Source: an uncultured Thermoplasmatales archaeon
GTDB lineage: Archaea; Thermoplasmatota; E2; DHVEG-1
Direction of reading: 5' to 3'
Length of the DNA stretch: 63,029 nucleotides
Assembly: GCA_964384785.1 (NCBI GenBank)
Contig: CAYLLH010000112.1
Span: 1 to 63,029 of the forward strand
This document shows, piece by piece, positions 53,765 to 63,020 of this stretch; the stretch's first letter is position 1; each line of letters starts with the position of its first letter. The notes beneath the pieces are model-generated. The model ran no database searches and was not told the origin of the DNA. It saw only the letters and a program-made list of their open reading frames with translations. The position numbers and the translations under genes were made by a program.

Positions 53765-54385
53765 ATGAAATCTAAAAAAATTATCAGAAAAACGCTATTG
53801 ATTTCTGGAGTTTTTTTATCAATCCTTTTGATGGTCTCATCGGCCACAGCTTTACAGATTGTAAATAAAACTTCATTGGAAGATGAAAAAATTGTAGAAA
53901 ATGAAACAAAAAAAGAACTAATAGATACTACTTTAGCTGAATCAATAGATGCTTTTTCAGATTCAGAAAAAATAAACTCAAAATTAGAATCAATGTTAAA
54001 CAGCATTGAAAAACAACTCAGTGAACAAGAAATAAAGGATTTAAATGAAATCAAGGATAAAATAATTCAGATAATCGAAAATAAGGATATAAAATCTTTA
54101 GAAGACTTGGAAGAAGTTGAACCTTGTGGAATAGTAGGTGTTGTTTTAGGTGTATTAACCTGGCCTCTTGCTGTCTTATTATTTGGAGTTTTAGAAATAA
54201 TAACTGTTATTTTATGGGTAATAGTAGAAATAGTTGGAATAATAATTGCTACAATTCTTTTACCATGGGTGAATTTGTTTCCAGCTCTGATAAGCATCAC
54301 AGATGTATTATTTGGTCTATCATGGTTATACATTCAGGCAATACTTTATTGGCCTGAAATCGTGGGTGCATTTTTCCCATTATAA
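53765..54385 (+). CDS. Small signal-peptide protein with acidic linker and hydrophobic multi-helix C-terminus, family B
   Basis: 206 aa. Same architecture as 53105..53677: signal 'ISGVFLSILLMVSSATALQ', an acidic coil, then 'GIVGVVLGVLTWPLAVLLFGVLEIITVILWVIVEIVGIIIATILL'. Confidence 0.6.
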   Translation: MKSKKIIRKTLLISGVFLSILLMVSSATALQIVNKTSLEDEKIVENETKKELIDTTLAESIDAFSDSEKINSKLESMLNSIEKQLSEQEIKDLNEIKDKIIQIIENKDIKSLEDLEEVEPCGIVGVVLGVLTWPLAVLLFGVLEIITVILWVIVEIVGIIIATILLPWVNLFPALISITDVLFGLSWLYIQAILYWPEIVGAFFPL

Positions 54386-54517
54386 CCACAATTTTCATTT
54401 TTTTTTATATAAAAAAATTGTTTAATTCATCTGATTTAATTTCTTTATTTTTTAAAAAATCTTTTTCGTTGATTACTCTTTTAAAATATTTAATAGGTGT
54501 CCATTCAAAATAATAAT

Positions 54518-55324
54518 TTACTGGTATAATATTTTTGTTTTTGTTTCCCAGATTTCATCTGTATTCTTTTTTTCATCAAGTTTTATAGAGTAATTTTTTG
54601 GAAGAACCTTATTACTATCGCATAAAGAATAAATATCAATATTGTTTTTTTCTGCAATCATTGCTATACTATTAGTTCCAATCTTGTTTAGAATTCCTCT
54701 TTCAGAGATGGCATCTCCTCCAACCAGAATCAGATCAATTTCATCTATAATCCTGTTAACACCTGAGTCAACAATGATTTTTATTTTAATATCATTTTTA
54801 GATAGTTTTTCAGCCAGTTTTCGTCCTTCTAACATAGGGCGTGATTCTGTGCAGTATACTTCAAAATCATGTCCTTGTTTTTTTGCATAAATAAGTGATT
54901 CTAAAACAGTACTACTGTATGAATGTGTTAGAATATCGTTATGTTTCTTTATTATTTTGTAAGTGTTTTTACAGATCTTTCTGGTTGATTCCTCAAGGTT
55001 TTCCTTATAATCATTTAAAAACTTTAATAAATTTTTTTTCAGATCATCTCTCTGTTCTTCTAAAAAATGAACTGTTTTGTTTACAAGATTAATTATTGAT
55101 GCCATTGACTGTTGGGTTTTAAAAATCTTGTAGCATGCCGCTGCTGTTTTTTTCTTTAAATCTTGTTCATCAGAAAAACTATTATTTTTTATTAGTAAAT
55201 TCAATGTATCAGCTGCTTTTCTGGTTAATTCTACTGATCCACTCTGATGATCATTTTTTATTTCCAGTATTTGCTTTTCAACTTTTTTTGGAATCCTAGT
55301 TTTTCTATATTTTTTTGGTATCAT
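54518..55324 (-). CDS. eIF-2B alpha/beta/delta-family protein (short archaeal form, possible sugar-phosphate isomerase)
   Basis: 268 aa. 'VYCTESRPMLEGRKLAEKL', 'ILVGGDAISERGILNKIGTNSIAMIAEKNNIDIY'. Confidence 0.8.
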   Translation of the reverse strand: MIPKKYRKTRIPKKVEKQILEIKNDHQSGSVELTRKAADTLNLLIKNNSFSDEQDLKKKTAAACYKIFKTQQSMASIINLVNKTVHFLEEQRDDLKKNLLKFLNDYKENLEESTRKICKNTYKIIKKHNDILTHSYSSTVLESLIYAKKQGHDFEVYCTESRPMLEGRKLAEKLSKNDIKIKIIVDSGVNRIIDEIDLILVGGDAISERGILNKIGTNSIAMIAEKNNIDIYSLCDSNKVLPKNYSIKLDEKKNTDEIWETKTKILYQ

Positions 55325-55345
55325 AAAAAAAACTCAAAAAATGTT

Positions 55346-56089
55346 TTAATGTATGTACAGACCACCGTTTACATTTATTGTTTCACCAGTTATGTAATCT
55401 GACATCTTTGAAGCTAGAAAAACACAGGCATTTGCTATATCATCTGGTTGACCAAGTCTTTTAAGAGGTATCTCATTTGCTCTTTCTTTTCTTTTTTCCT
55501 CTGAATAACCAGCTATTATATCTGTATCAATTGTTCCTGGTGCAACCGCGTTAACACATATTTTTTTATAAGCAAGTTCAAGTGCAAGACTACGCATCAA
55601 ACCTATCTGCCCTGCCTTGGATGCAGCATAATCAGATCCATGACTGGAACCACGAAACGCTAGTTGAGAAGAAATAAAAATAACACGACCACCCTTGGGG
55701 ATATATGATAATGCTTTACTTGTCATATAAAAAGACCCATCAAGGTTGACTGAAAGAATTTTTTTCCAGTCTTCAAAAGATAAATCTGAGAAATTATTAC
55801 GTTTATATATACCTGCGTTGTTAACCAGGATATCAATTTTTTCTCTAAGATCAACATATTCTTTTATGATTCTATCTACATCATCTTTTTTAGATACGTT
55901 TCCTCTGAGTAAAACACCATCTCCACCATGTTTTTTAACAAGTCTTAGTGTTTTTTTTGCTTTTTCTTTATTTGAAACATAGTTTATACCTACAAAACAA
56001 CCGTTTTCAGCAAATTTTACAGCTATACCTCTTCCTATACCACGTGAAGCACCAGTAACTAATGCGTTTTTATTTTTTAATAACATCAT
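55346..56089 (-). CDS. Short-chain dehydrogenase/reductase, FabG-like
   Basis: 247 aa. 'TGASRGIGRGIA', 'NNAG', catalytic 'YAASKAG'. Confidence 0.9.
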   Translation of the reverse strand: MMLLKNKNALVTGASRGIGRGIAVKFAENGCFVGINYVSNKEKAKKTLRLVKKHGGDGVLLRGNVSKKDDVDRIIKEYVDLREKIDILVNNAGIYKRNNFSDLSFEDWKKILSVNLDGSFYMTSKALSYIPKGGRVIFISSQLAFRGSSHGSDYAASKAGQIGLMRSLALELAYKKICVNAVAPGTIDTDIIAGYSEEKRKERANEIPLKRLGQPDDIANACVFLASKMSDYITGETINVNGGLYIH

Positions 56090-56204
56090 ACAAAAAAAAT
56101 ATATTATTATAAAGTGTAAAAAAATTATGGTAAAAAATAATAGAATTTCTTTTAACCAAAAATATTAAAAGAAAATATATAACTATTCTTAAATCAGAAA
56201 AAAG

Positions 56205-57203
56205 ATGGATTATAGAATAGTTTATGATCTTTTATCTGATTATTTCAGAATACTATTAGAAAATCATAATCCTGAATATATTCAGAGTAAACACAAAGAA
56301 GTAGTATTTGATAAAAATGATTCAACAGAAATACTTTGGAACAAACATAACAAAGCTATTCAAAATAATAAATTAAAAGAAAAAATACCAAAATGTTCTC
56401 TTCTTGATTTAAAAATCGAAATAGCAGACAGGATTTTTAAAAACTGTGTTTTCTGTGAAAACCGCTGTCATGTTAATAGAGAAAAAAACATGGGTTTATG
56501 TAAAGTCAAAAAACCACGTGTTGCATCAGAGTTTTTACATATGGGTGAGGAAACACCATTGGTTCCTTCTCATACAATCTTTTTCTCAGGTTGCACTTTT
56601 AAATGTGTTTTCTGCCAGAATTATGATATAAGTCAAAAACAAACAGGGTTAATAATTAAACCCAGTGTTATGGCTGATATAATAAGACAAAGACAAAAAC
56701 ATGGATGTAAAAATGTTAACTGGGTTGGAGGTGATCCAACACCCAATCTTTTATTTATCCTTAAAACACTTAGAGAAACAAATGCAAATCTTCCTCAAAT
56801 CTGGAACTCTAACATGTATTGTTCAAAGGAGACAATGCAGCTATTAAATGGTGTTATAGATTTATATCTTACAGATTTTAAATATGGAAATGATGAATGC
56901 GCGAAACGTTTGTCTAAAATAAAAAATTATACCCAGGTTGTTAAAAGAAATCATAAAACATCATACGATACTGCTGAGGTTTTAATCCGTCATCTTGTTA
57001 TGCCAGAGCATGTTGAATGTTGTTCAAAACCAATCATGGAATGGATAAGTAAAAATCTACCTAATGCATTGGTAAATATCATGGGTCAATATCATCCGGA
57101 ATACCAAGCATATACTTATGAAGATATTTCAAGAAATGTATCTTCTGAAGAAGTATCTATTGTTAAAAAATATGCAAAAAACAAAAACATAAACGTTTTA
57201 TAA
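56205..57203 (+). CDS. Radical SAM protein, PflX-like (pyruvate-formate-lyase-activase-related)
   Basis: 332 aa. Auxiliary 'CVFCENRCHVNREKNMGLC' cluster followed by 'GCTFKCVFCQNYDIS' CxxxCxxC. Confidence 0.8.
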   Translation: MDYRIVYDLLSDYFRILLENHNPEYIQSKHKEVVFDKNDSTEILWNKHNKAIQNNKLKEKIPKCSLLDLKIEIADRIFKNCVFCENRCHVNREKNMGLCKVKKPRVASEFLHMGEETPLVPSHTIFFSGCTFKCVFCQNYDISQKQTGLIIKPSVMADIIRQRQKHGCKNVNWVGGDPTPNLLFILKTLRETNANLPQIWNSNMYCSKETMQLLNGVIDLYLTDFKYGNDECAKRLSKIKNYTQVVKRNHKTSYDTAEVLIRHLVMPEHVECCSKPIMEWISKNLPNALVNIMGQYHPEYQAYTYEDISRNVSSEEVSIVKKYAKNKNINVL

Positions 57204-57211
57204 AAAAACAT

Positions 57212-57778
57212 TTAAATTTTTTTGTCCCAGAACCCTTTGGTTTTTTTATGATATGGAAAATCCCAGACTGATTCGTCAAGACCTTTGTGAGCTGTTTTTT
57301 TGATAAAGGTTCCACCCTGATGGTCATCTTTTAAACTCAAAAAATAAATAGCTTTTTTGGGTTTTAAAACAGAGAAAACACTGTCATTTATGTAATAATA
57401 GGGTACTCTCCTGCGGGTAATTATTATTTTGTTGAATCTTTGTTTACGTGTTTCAACTATTTTATAAAAAATTTTACTATGATCAAATTTTTTTCCTTGA
57501 CTGTTAAGTTTTCTTTTGAATTTCCAGAATCGTATAATATGATAAAAATTTCTTATTTTTGTAAAAAACCATTTACAGGTTTTATAAAAATATTTTGTAA
57601 TTTTTTTTTGAAACAAAGATAATAGTTTTTCTATTGAATGATTCTGATTCTTTTTTTTAGGTGTAGAAGTATAACTAGGTTGATCAAATGTTTTGTTTTT
57701 TTTATTTTGATCATTTGTTTCTGTATATTCTATACCCATTCCAAACATTCGAAGATCTTTTAGTTCTTTTTCATCCAA
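57212..57778 (-). CDS. Highly basic hypothetical protein
   Basis: 188 aa. K/R/F/Y-rich with no recognisable motif. Confidence 0.45.
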   Translation of the reverse strand: MDEKELKDLRMFGMGIEYTETNDQNKKNKTFDQPSYTSTPKKKNQNHSIEKLLSLFQKKITKYFYKTCKWFFTKIRNFYHIIRFWKFKRKLNSQGKKFDHSKIFYKIVETRKQRFNKIIITRRRVPYYYINDSVFSVLKPKKAIYFLSLKDDHQGGTFIKKTAHKGLDESVWDFPYHKKTKGFWDKKI

Positions 57779-58079
57779 AAGAAAAACACCCTAAGAATTT
57801 TTTTTAAAAATTTGACAGTTTTTTTTGTTTATTCTCTTTTGTATTCCTTCAGGGATCCGTCGTCTTTTTCTTCAAATAATGGTATCTGTAATGGTTTTGT
57901 AAATGTGTATTTATTTTTTTTTCCCATCGTCTACCCTCACGCCTAGAAAACCTATATTGAAATAGTGTTTAAAAAACAATCGAAATATATCAAAAGCAAA
58001 AGTATTTAGGTGAGTTGTTTTTCCCAAACTTTTATTTAGGGGTTACAACAATCCGGAGGGTTCGGGAGTAATTTTAAAT

Positions 58080-59420
58080 ATGGAAAATGATGATGATCTT
58101 TCACGTCTTGGTGTTATACCATCGGATCGTAAAAAACTAGAAAACATGGGTATTACAAAACTTGAACAAATTGCTTTGATGTCTGTTAAAACACTTGGTA
58201 TGGGTACTAGCAAGGGTAATACTTTGATTCAACGAGCCAGAAATATTCTTGCTAATGAAAACATTCTTGATATTACTATTAAAAATGAGGATCTTATAGA
58301 GGTTAAGGTTCGTAGTACTAACCGTGCGGTTAAAAAATCTGTTCTTAATTTGTTAAATGTTTATAATGCTGGTTGGGGTAATGCTTCTCTTGAGGCGCAT
58401 GGGAATATTATGAAGCTTAGTCGTAATTCTCAGAAGTTTGATCAGGTTTTAAAACAAGCTGAGGGTCTTCAGGAGATTATTGATTCACGTAAGATTGAGG
58501 AGAAAGAAAAAAAGGGTATTTTTCTTCCGGATGATGAACTTCGTGAGTTTGCAAAAGAACGTGGTTTTGATGGTTTTTGGGAGAATGTTTTTCAGGAGAT
58601 CCATGGTAATGATATTATGAAAAAAGTGATTGCCACTAGTATGTTTTCTACTTTTGAAGAACCAGTTCATTCACTTGTAATTGGTGAACCTGGTAGTAGT
58701 AAGACTATGGCTATGGAGCTTATAACTGAGCAGTTCACAGGTATTTCAAATGTGGGTGCTAACACTACCAGATCAGGCTTGGTTTGCAATCTTGGAACTG
58801 GTGATCTTGGAGCGCTTCCTCATTCAGATAACAAAATAGTTCTAGTAGATGAGTTTGATAAAATACCTGGTGATGATATAGAGTACTGTTACGAGCTCTT
58901 ATCTAATGGTAAATGTAGTGTTCATTCAGCTAAAATCCATAAAAACATTCAAAGTCATTTTATAATGATAGCTTTTGCAAATCCAAAGACCAAGGTTTTT
59001 GGAAAAAACGCTATCTCTGATATAGGTTTATCGCCACTGCTTATGAGTCGTTGTGCTCTTGTTGTAAAAGTACAAAATATTGATCGTGAAGAACGACTTG
59101 AGCTTTTTAAAAAGAAATTCTATGGAAACACAGAGTTTAAAGAAAAACATGATTATTATGATCAATGGGTGAAACTCGCTCGAGATTTCACACCAGAGAT
59201 AGATGCAACTGAAGAAAAAATAGATGAATACATCAAAACAATAAACAATATTGTTGAGGATCATTACAACACAAATCTTCGACGTGATCTGCGTATGACA
59301 GAGTATATTCGCCGGATTCCTATGGCTATAGCACGTGCTTCTTTTAAAAACATAGATGATTCAGTTATAGATGAGTCATTAGATTTAATTAGACAATCCA
59401 TTGAAACATGGAATAAATAA
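58080..59420 (+). CDS. MCM-family AAA+ ATPase core fused to an N-terminal RadA-N-like helix-hairpin-helix domain; lacks the canonical MCM N-terminal domain
   Basis: 446 aa.
- The N-terminus 'LSRLGVIPSDRKKLENMGITKLEQIALMSVKTL..GNTLIQRARNIL' resembles the RadA N-terminal HhH.
- Walker A 'GEPGSSKT' and Walker B 'VLVDEFDKI' (MCM 'IDEFDKM').
- 'IMIAFANP' is the sensor-1 block and 'LMSRCALVV' parallels 'LSRFDLIF'.
- 'EYIRRIPMAIARA' is sensor-2-like. Confidence 0.75.
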   Translation: MENDDDLSRLGVIPSDRKKLENMGITKLEQIALMSVKTLGMGTSKGNTLIQRARNILANENILDITIKNEDLIEVKVRSTNRAVKKSVLNLLNVYNAGWGNASLEAHGNIMKLSRNSQKFDQVLKQAEGLQEIIDSRKIEEKEKKGIFLPDDELREFAKERGFDGFWENVFQEIHGNDIMKKVIATSMFSTFEEPVHSLVIGEPGSSKTMAMELITEQFTGISNVGANTTRSGLVCNLGTGDLGALPHSDNKIVLVDEFDKIPGDDIEYCYELLSNGKCSVHSAKIHKNIQSHFIMIAFANPKTKVFGKNAISDIGLSPLLMSRCALVVKVQNIDREERLELFKKKFYGNTEFKEKHDYYDQWVKLARDFTPEIDATEEKIDEYIKTINNIVEDHYNTNLRRDLRMTEYIRRIPMAIARASFKNIDDSVIDESLDLIRQSIETWNK

Positions 59421-59442
59421 AAAACAAAAAAACAATTTTTTT

Positions 59443-59706
59443 TTATTTTATACTTTTAAACATGTGTTTTCTTATTTCATTAAGGCTTTCTTCGACTCTT
59501 CTTTTAGCATCATCTTTTGAGATTGGTTCATAAAAATCGTTTTCACCAGAAGAATCGATACCTGCTACAATAAATTCATTGTTTTTTTTATAAACACAAG
59601 CTTGATTTTTAAAGGCTTTTTTGTAATGAAGGATTGGTCCTAAAAAAGTCCAACCTTTGCTTCTTAGTTTTTCATCTATTTTATCTATTTCATTTTTTTT
59701 ATCCAT
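59443..59706 (-). CDS. Hypothetical small protein
   Basis: 87 aa from ATG 59706 (the track TTG 59718 is upstream). No motif recognised. Confidence 0.4.
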   Translation of the reverse strand: MDKKNEIDKIDEKLRSKGWTFLGPILHYKKAFKNQACVYKKNNEFIVAGIDSSGENDFYEPISKDDAKRRVEESLNEIRKHMFKSIK

Positions 59707-59781
59707 AATTAAAATCAAACCCTTTGTTTCCTAAATTTTTTTTTGGAAATCAGGAAGATAACAAATTAATATCTTTTTTTT

Positions 59782-59913
59782 TTAAATTTCCTTTAATTCT
59801 TCATCTGTCCAAAATTTTATCTCGGTTCCATCAGGTAAAACCGCGATTTTAACTATTTCACCAGTTTCAGGGTCTTTTTCTTCTTTAAACCTTGTTCCTT
59901 TTGGAAAATTCAT
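59782..59913 (-). CDS. Hypothetical 43-aa protein
   Basis: Below the track cutoff. 'MNFPKGTRFKEEKDPETGEIVKIAVLPDGTEIKFWTDEELKEI'. GAGGT lies about 9 nt upstream of the ATG. Confidence 0.35.
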   Translation of the reverse strand: MNFPKGTRFKEEKDPETGEIVKIAVLPDGTEIKFWTDEELKEI

Positions 59914-60102
59914 CTTGCCGTTACCTCAAAAAAAAATTTTACGGTAGATTATTTTTTCATCCGGGTAAATATCTTCATAATTTAAAAACCCATCTGAAAA
60001 AAATTAGTTTACATGTTTATTCATGTGCTATGTTTTTTGCATATGCAGATGAATATTCTATAGATATGTGTAAAGGTAGATTCAATATAAATCTGGTTTT
60101 TT

Positions 60103-60327
60103 TTATAGTCTGCCTTTGTTTTCAATCCATGCTGTGTCAATATCTCTTCTTAGATTTGTGGGTAAATTTGGTGTACAGTCATGTAGGATTCCGTTTTCAT
60201 CCTCCCACCAAATTTTTTCTTCAGAAGATTCATTGGTAAGAGTATTTTTTATATATGCCCAGACTTCACTTTTTACATGTTCTTTATCTGGGTTGGTTTT
60301 TTTATAAAATTTTATTGCATATGTCAA
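60103..60327 (-). CDS. Hypothetical small protein
   Basis: ORF 60103..60336. A strong GGGGAGGT site (complement of 60337-60344) sits 9 nt upstream of the second in-frame TTG (60327), which favours that start. Confidence 0.45.
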   Translation of the reverse strand: MTYAIKFYKKTNPDKEHVKSEVWAYIKNTLTNESSEEKIWWEDENGILHDCTPNLPTNLRRDIDTAWIENKGRL

Positions 60328-60445
60328 AAAGATCAAACCTCCCCGATGAGGTAGTTTAAAAACAGTATATACTGATATAAAAATTTATCTGTTTTTTTTT
60401 GATTATTTCGGTTTTTTAAAGAAAAATTTGTAAAATAAATTTTTT

Positions 60446-60550
60446 TTAGTAGTATGTTACATAAAGGTAGATTACATATATTACAAGTATTCCAAACATA
60501 CCGAGAAGGATTAATGTTTTTGCGAAATTGATTTTTACCTCGTCGACCAT
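60446..60550 (-). CDS. 34-aa single-TM mini-protein downstream of dnaJ
   Basis: 'MVDEVKINFAKTLILLGMFGILVIYVIYLYVTYY'. GGAGG lies 10 nt upstream of the ATG. Same strand as dnaJ. Confidence 0.35.
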   Translation of the reverse strand: MVDEVKINFAKTLILLGMFGILVIYVIYLYVTYY

Positions 60551-60651
60551 ATTTTTTTGTTCCTCCAATTAAACATTTTGTTTTTTGTGTTTAAAAGGAG
60601 TTGTTGTACAACTATTATCGACGTTCTTTACAGTTGTTACCCATTTGTTTT

Positions 60652-61749
60652 TTAGTCGAGTTCTTCATCAAGTTTTTCTAAAAGTTTTTTGGCTTTTCTA
60701 CTTATTTTTTCAGGTGTTTTAATATTTATTTCAACAAAAAGATCTCCTCGTCCTCTACTGTTCAAATATGGCATTCCTTCACCTTTTATTTTTAATACTT
60801 CACCGTTTTGTGTCCCAGATGGTATTTTTACTGTTTTTTTATCTTCTGAAATTGTTTCGATTTCTATTTTTGTTCCAAGGGTTGCTTTAGGAAAACTAAT
60901 TTTTTTAGTGGTTAAAAGATCTACTCCGCGTCTTTTAAACTCATGGTGTTTTTTTAGATGTACAACAATGTATAGATCTCCTGATCCATCTTTTCCTGCT
61001 TCTCCTTCTCCAGCTAGTCGTAGTTGTGAGCCGTCATCTATTCCCGAGGGTATGTTTATTTCTATATCTCTTGTGTTTTTTACAAATCCCTGTCCCTTAC
61101 AGTTGTTGCAGGGGTTTTTGATTATTGTTCCTTTTCCTTGGCATTTGTCGCAGGCTGTTACTTGTGTAAAAATTCCGAAAGCGGTTCTACGGGAATGACG
61201 TACCTGCCCTGCACCCTTACACTGAGGACACTGTGTTGGGTTGCTACCGGGTTTTGCACCCGATCCATTGCAGACATCACATTTTTCCTTACGTGGTACT
61301 TTAATACTGGTTTTAACTCCTTTAAAAGCATCTTTAAGACCTATTTCAATATCATATCTAAGATCTCTACCACGTTCTCTTCTTTGCTGACGTCCGAAAC
61401 CACCCATTCCGCCTCCGAAGAAACGAGCGAAAATATCTTCAAAACCACCAAAACCCATACGACCAAAGATATCATTGAAATCACCGAAATCTGCATTACG
61501 GAAAATATCTTCACGGCTGTACTGTTGATCTATACCAGCATGACCATATTGGTCGTAACGCTGTCTTTTTTCATCATCTGATAATACTGCATAAGCTTCA
61601 CTTATTTCTTTAAATTTTTCTTCGGCATCCTTAGATGGATTTTTATCTGGATGATATTTTAAAGCAAGCTTACGATAGGCTTTTTTAATCTGACCTTTGT
61701 CTGCATCCTTGTTTACACCAAGAACATCATAGTAATCCTTTTTAGTCAT
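60652..61749 (-). CDS. dnaJ: Molecular chaperone DnaJ (type I Hsp40)
   Basis: 365 aa. J-domain 'DYYDVLGV...[14 protein letters not shown]', a G/F-rich linker, four CxxCxGxG zinc-finger repeats, and C-terminal substrate-binding domains. Confidence 0.95.
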   Translation of the reverse strand: MTKKDYYDVLGVNKDADKGQIKKAYRKLALKYHPDKNPSKDAEEKFKEISEAYAVLSDDEKRQRYDQYGHAGIDQQYSREDIFRNADFGDFNDIFGRMGFGGFEDIFARFFGGGMGGFGRQQRRERGRDLRYDIEIGLKDAFKGVKTSIKVPRKEKCDVCNGSGAKPGSNPTQCPQCKGAGQVRHSRRTAFGIFTQVTACDKCQGKGTIIKNPCNNCKGQGFVKNTRDIEINIPSGIDDGSQLRLAGEGEAGKDGSGDLYIVVHLKKHHEFKRRGVDLLTTKKISFPKATLGTKIEIETISEDKKTVKIPSGTQNGEVLKIKGEGMPYLNSRGRGDLFVEINIKTPEKISRKAKKLLEKLDEELD

Positions 61750-61807
61750 AAATCACGCAAGCGGTCGGATTAATAGAAAAGGTATATAATTTTTTTGCTA
61801 AATTCAA

Positions 61808-62410
61808 TTATATTTTTTCAATACAAGATTGCGGTAAAACTTGTAAAAATGATCCAAAAATTGACATAAATGAAAAACCTGACTCATTTGATAAGAATTC
61901 TTCTTCGTTCCAGCCTTCTTTAAAAACATCCATTTGGTAATAGATATTGGAAGAAGTATTTTCATAAATAAACTCTTCTATTGTAACAGTAATTTTAACC
62001 TTGTCTCCAACTTTGTATTGATCTGTTAGATTACCTTGGAATAACAAATTTAAATAATTTTTATCAAAATCACTACTTTTATTACTGTTTACATTAAAAG
62101 AAATATTTGTAGCATTATAAAAAATTGCCTTATTATAACTAATGCTTCTAATTGTATCAGTTAAAATTAATGTATCTCCATCATTCAAAGAATTGTAATC
62201 TATGATCCATCTCCAAGATCCTTTTTTTATACTATTAGAATATTTTAAATCCTGGATTAATCCTTGAGCAGTCATATTTACAGATTTATTAGAACCATCT
62301 GTGTTTTTATTGTCTATATTATTTTCGTTGGTATTTGTAATTTTTTCTTCAGTACAGCCACTAAGAGACAATAATAAGAAAACAATTATTATAACTAATG
62401 TATTTTTCAT
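61808..62410 (-). CDS. Lipoprotein-like secreted protein (paralogue of 62454..63020)
   Basis: 200 aa. 'LLLSLSGCTEE' lipobox-like site. Shared blocks 'IIDYNSLNDGDTLILTDT' and 'LNLLFQGNLTDQYKVGDKVKIT'. Confidence 0.65.
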   Translation of the reverse strand: MKNTLVIIIVFLLLSLSGCTEEKITNTNENNIDNKNTDGSNKSVNMTAQGLIQDLKYSNSIKKGSWRWIIDYNSLNDGDTLILTDTIRSISYNKAIFYNATNISFNVNSNKSSDFDKNYLNLLFQGNLTDQYKVGDKVKITVTIEEFIYENTSSNIYYQMDVFKEGWNEEEFLSNESGFSFMSIFGSFLQVLPQSCIEKI

Positions 62411-62453
62411 TTTCCCTCCATAAATAAAGAAAAAAGAGAAAGAAGTTAATTGT

Positions 62454-63020
62454 TTAACTCTTTTCGATTACGGATTCAGGCAATGGTTTGTATGGTATGC
62501 CTGTGCTTTCAAGATTAGTTGTAAAGTAGTTTTCACTTTCCCAATATTCATCATATATTTCCATGTCATAAGATGTTCCATTATAATCGAATTGAACATG
62601 TTTAATATTAAATGTCATTTTCAGTTTATCTCCACTTTGATAATTGCCTGTTAAATTACCGTCGAATAATAAGTTCAATGATTGTGTAATGGAATTATTT
62701 ATAAATTCAAATATGAGATATGTAGTGTTTGTTGTTGGATCATAAGTTAGATTGTCTAATGTATCCTCAATTATTAATGTATCTCCATCTTCTAGGGACT
62801 CATAATCTATAATTACATTAGTATTATTTCCAGAATAATTAAGGTCCATATAGTGTTCTTTGGCAGTAAATGTTTCTCCAGTATTATTTTGGTTGTCCCC
62901 ATTTACATCTTCATCATTATTGTCGTCACTACCTTTTTTCTCTTCTTCTTCAAAACAGCCTATTGTACTTACTATAAGAAGTAAGCTGATTATGCATATT
63001 ACTAAAATTCCTTTTTTCAT
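62454..63020 (-). CDS. Lipoprotein-like secreted protein (paralogue of 61808..62410)
   Basis: 188 aa. 'VSTIGCFEEE', 'IIDYESLEDGDTLIIEDT', 'LNLLFDGNLTGNYQSGDKLKMT'. Confidence 0.65.
   Translation of the reverse strand: MKKGILVICIISLLLIVSTIGCFEEEEKKGSDDNNDEDVNGDNQNNTGETFTAKEHYMDLNYSGNNTNVIIDYESLEDGDTLIIEDTLDNLTYDPTTNTTYLIFEFINNSITQSLNLLFDGNLTGNYQSGDKLKMTFNIKHVQFDYNGTSYDMEIYDEYWESENYFTTNLESTGIPYKPLPESVIEKS

Noticed and set aside
57829-57927. 32-aa minus-strand ORF 'MGKKNKYTFTKPLQIPLFEEKDDGSLKEYKRE' with a possible PIP-box
   Set aside because: 'QIPLFE' does not fit Qxx(L/I/M)xx(F/Y)(F/Y). The only coding evidence is a moderate GAGGGT site, which is not enough to call a gene.
58040-58075. 'GGAGGGTTCGGGAG' resembling a tRNA T-arm
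   Set aside because: There is no acceptor stem, D-arm or anticodon arm in the flanks. It is more likely the ribosome-binding region of the MCM-like gene. No tRNA was recognised anywhere in the window.
59892-60239. 115-aa + strand ORF in the MCM islet
   Set aside because: It has no ribosome-binding site and a hydrophobic junk-like sequence. It overlaps two minus-strand small ORFs that do have good Shine-Dalgarno sites.
60689-61581. Two + strand ORFs (169 aa and 147 aa) overlapping dnaJ
   Set aside because: They are antisense shadows of a gene with J-domain, G/F and CxxCxGxG motifs. Their products are Ser/Pro/Phe-rich nonsense.
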